DNA of 26,367 nucleotides from a virus (taxonomy: Duplodnaviria; Caudoviricetes), in IMG/VR virus record IMGVR_UViG_3300042292_000020, positions 1 through 26,367 of that record; one strand, 5' to 3'. Numbering within the stretch: position 1 is the stretch's first letter; each line of letters begins with the position of its first letter. Below are positions 24,224-26,367 of this stretch, piece after piece. A program made the position numbers and the translations under genes. Below the pieces are notes generated by a model, which had not been told where the DNA came from, searched no databases, and was given only the letters and a program-made list of their open reading frames with translations.

Positions 24224-26367
24224 TTACTTGCCCTTTATTTGTTGCTCTAGCAATTGGACCTGTTGTTGTAGTTCTTTAATTGCTTGGAATGCCAGGGCAC
24301 ACATTTTTTCGTAGTCAACAGCCAAGTAGCCATCTTCTCTAGTGCGCACTGCTTCGGGTAATACCTGCGCAACATCTTGTGCTATAACACCGAAGTCTGC
24401 TTTGCGCATAAAGTAGTCATCTAGGCCACCGTGATCGGCAATGTATTCATCAGTCCAATCGAATAGTTTACCACCAATGGCAGTAACTTTATCTAGTGCG
24501 TCGGGTATGTCACGCACATTTTCTTTTAAGTGTGAGTCTGAACTGTAGTAAGCAGTAATGTTGTTTGTAGCACGAATTTCACCAGTGGTGCCACTTGCGG
24601 CTGTGCCCACACCCAAACTGCCAAACTGCACACTAGATGAAGTAGCCACTGCTTGCCCAATACTAAACGTAACTGCTCCCGTACCAGCACTTACACTAAC
24701 GCCAGTGCCTGCTACTGCGCTGGTTACGGCTGTTGATAAGTATCCGCTTGGGTTAGTTGCATTGTACGGAGTAAATCCTAATGCAGTAGTGACTTGACTC
24801 GATGTAATCGCACCAACTAAATTTGTAGCACTTATATTACCGGCTGTGATATTTCCAGTTACAGACAATGCTCCGAGTGTACCTAATGATGTAATACTTG
24901 TTTGTGCTGCAGTAAGAATTGTACCAGTTAAATTAGTAGCCGTTACATTACCAGCTGAAATATTTCCAGTAAATGTTGCGCCGCTTAATGCGGCTTTTTC
25001 TGTATCTAATTCTGCTAAGGCATCTTGTACAGTTGTGGCACTAATTGTACCCACTGGACTACTATAGGTAGCATTAGCATAAGCATTGTAATCGGTATAA
25101 GCATCAACTTCAGCTAATAATACTGTACCAGAACTTACCCCAGTTGATAAAGTAACAGCCGAACTATTGGTTTCTGTATAAGCACTGTCAAATTGTCTAA
25201 CACCGTTAATGTATATGCGTAATTGTCCTGCGCCGGGTGTATAGGTACCTAGTCCTGTAAATACTGTTTGTCCAGCCGTTGCTGTTTTGTAAGTGCGACT
25301 AGTACTAATTATAGTACCTACAGTACTACTTGCTCCAGATTCAGCGGCCCAATAGTATGTACCTGGTCCTGATGTTTTTAATACATAACCACTGGTTTCA
25401 CCACTTGGGAATAGATTGTTTAACGCTTCACTTGCGCTAGTACCACCAGTTCCGCCCGACGTAATAGCTAATGCTGTAGTCGATAGTGTTAAACTTGTTG
25501 CAGATATTGCGCCGCTAAATGTTGCTCCACTTAGATTGGCTTTAGTACTATCGATACTGTCAACGTAGCCGTTCATGTTGGTGTTGGCTGTTACAATTGC
25601 AGCATTTGCACCCGTAACTGAACTACTTACTGTGGTGATTTGATTTGATTGTATTGTGTTCGCCGCATCAACATATCCTTTCATGTTGGTATTAGCTGTA
25701 GTGATTGCAGCATTTGCACCCGTAACTGAATTGCTAACCGTAGTAATTTGCCCGTCAACATAGCCTTTCATGTTGGTGTTGGCTGTAGTTATAGCTGTGT
25801 TAGTATCAGTAATTAATCCGCTTTGTGTTGCGGCATTACTTGTTAGTGTTGCTAAACTACCAGTAACTGAATCTAATATTGATACGCCATTAGTGTAGTT
25901 GAAATTATTAGCTGATATATTACCAGCAATGGCTAATCCTAAACTAGAAAAACTAGCAATATTTGAATTACTAACAGCAACATTAATAGAATTAGCAGTA
26001 ACAGTAACATTACTATTGCCTGCATACAACAGCGAGGGATTTATATCATTACTTAAATTAATTGGAGTCGCACTACCTGCCGGAGTAAAACTTAAAGCAT
26101 TATCAACTACTTTAAGTAGAGCACCACCAATATGGATAGTACTGCCACTCATATACAAGTCGCGCCACCACAGTGAATTAGATCCTAAATCATATGTGAC
26201 ATTTGCTGAGGGTAGTAAATTACCAGTGATATTGATATTGCCTGTAGATAATTCTACTTTAGATGTGGGGCCGTATGTTAATGATGATATAGAAACTGCG
26301 CCAGCAGCAATACTTCGAATTTCGATAATATCAGTACTTTGCGGAGTTTCTATAAATGTTATCAAAT
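24224..26367 (-). CDS. Long tail fibre with C-terminal peptidase S74 intramolecular chaperone; 5'-truncated by the window edge
   Basis: YYSSDSHLKEN...FDW...GVIAQDV..VLPEAV...VDYEK...AIKEL plus terminal coiled coil; frame open to the window edge. Confidence 0.88.
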   Translation of the reverse strand, partial: LITFIETPQSTDIIEIRSIAAGAVSISSLTYGPTSKVELSTGNINITGNLLPSANVTYDLGSNSLWWRDLYMSGSTIHIGGALLKVVDNALSFTPAGSATPINLSNDINPSLLYAGNSNVTVTANSINVAVSNSNIASFSSLGLAIAGNISANNFNYTNGVSILDSVTGSLATLTSNAATQSGLITDTNTAITTANTNMKGYVDGQITTVSNSVTGANAAITTANTNMKGYVDAANTIQSNQITTVSSSVTGANAAIVTANTNMNGYVDSIDSTKANLSGATFSGAISATSLTLSTTALAITSGGTGGTSASEALNNLFPSGETSGYVLKTSGPGTYYWAAESGASSTVGTIISTSRTYKTATAGQTVFTGLGTYTPGAGQLRIYINGVRQFDSAYTETNSSAVTLSTGVSSGTVLLAEVDAYTDYNAYANATYSSPVGTISATTVQDALAELDTEKAALSGATFTGNISAGNVTATNLTGTILTAAQTSITSLGTLGALSVTGNITAGNISATNLVGAITSSQVTTALGFTPYNATNPSGYLSTAVTSAVAGTGVSVSAGTGAVTFSIGQAVATSSSVQFGSLGVGTAASGTTGEIRATNNITAYYSSDSHLKENVRDIPDALDKVTAIGGKLFDWTDEYIADHGGLDDYFMRKADFGVIAQDVAQVLPEAVRTREDGYLAVDYEKMCALAFQAIKELQQQVQLLEQQIKGK

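Noticed and set aside
1-26367. Stop-codon reassignment, tRNA genes or introns
   Set aside because: Genes are full-length and densely packed in code 11 with TAA, TAG and TGA all used as stops; no cloverleaf or interrupted gene was recognised

Overview
A structural-gene region of a large, AT-rich, T4-superfamily-like myovirus (contractile tail), read in the standard genetic code. From 1 to 14.7 kb: a partial ORF, a candidate small terminase, a MobE-like HNH homing endonuclease, a gp4-like head-completion nuclease, tube-like and tube (gp19) genes, an enlarged 1082-aa sheath (gp18), a degenerate HNH/Zn-finger protein, dNMP kinase, neck gp13 and gp14, gp15 and a Nudix hydrolase. From 14.8 to 26.4 kb: a fibre/adhesin island with a GT42/Maf-like glycosyltransferase, a 1812-aa Thr-rich repeat fibre, a short fibre with chaperones, a 7-bladed propeller adhesin and an S74-chaperone fibre. 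The regulatory logic is unusually legible. There are five near-perfect sigma70 promoters (three apparently leaderless), ten T4-late-like TAAATA boxes before mostly structural genes, and a hairpin that hides the gp13 ribosome-binding site with a late promoter inside its loop. All product calls come from motif recognition by eye; no database search was run.
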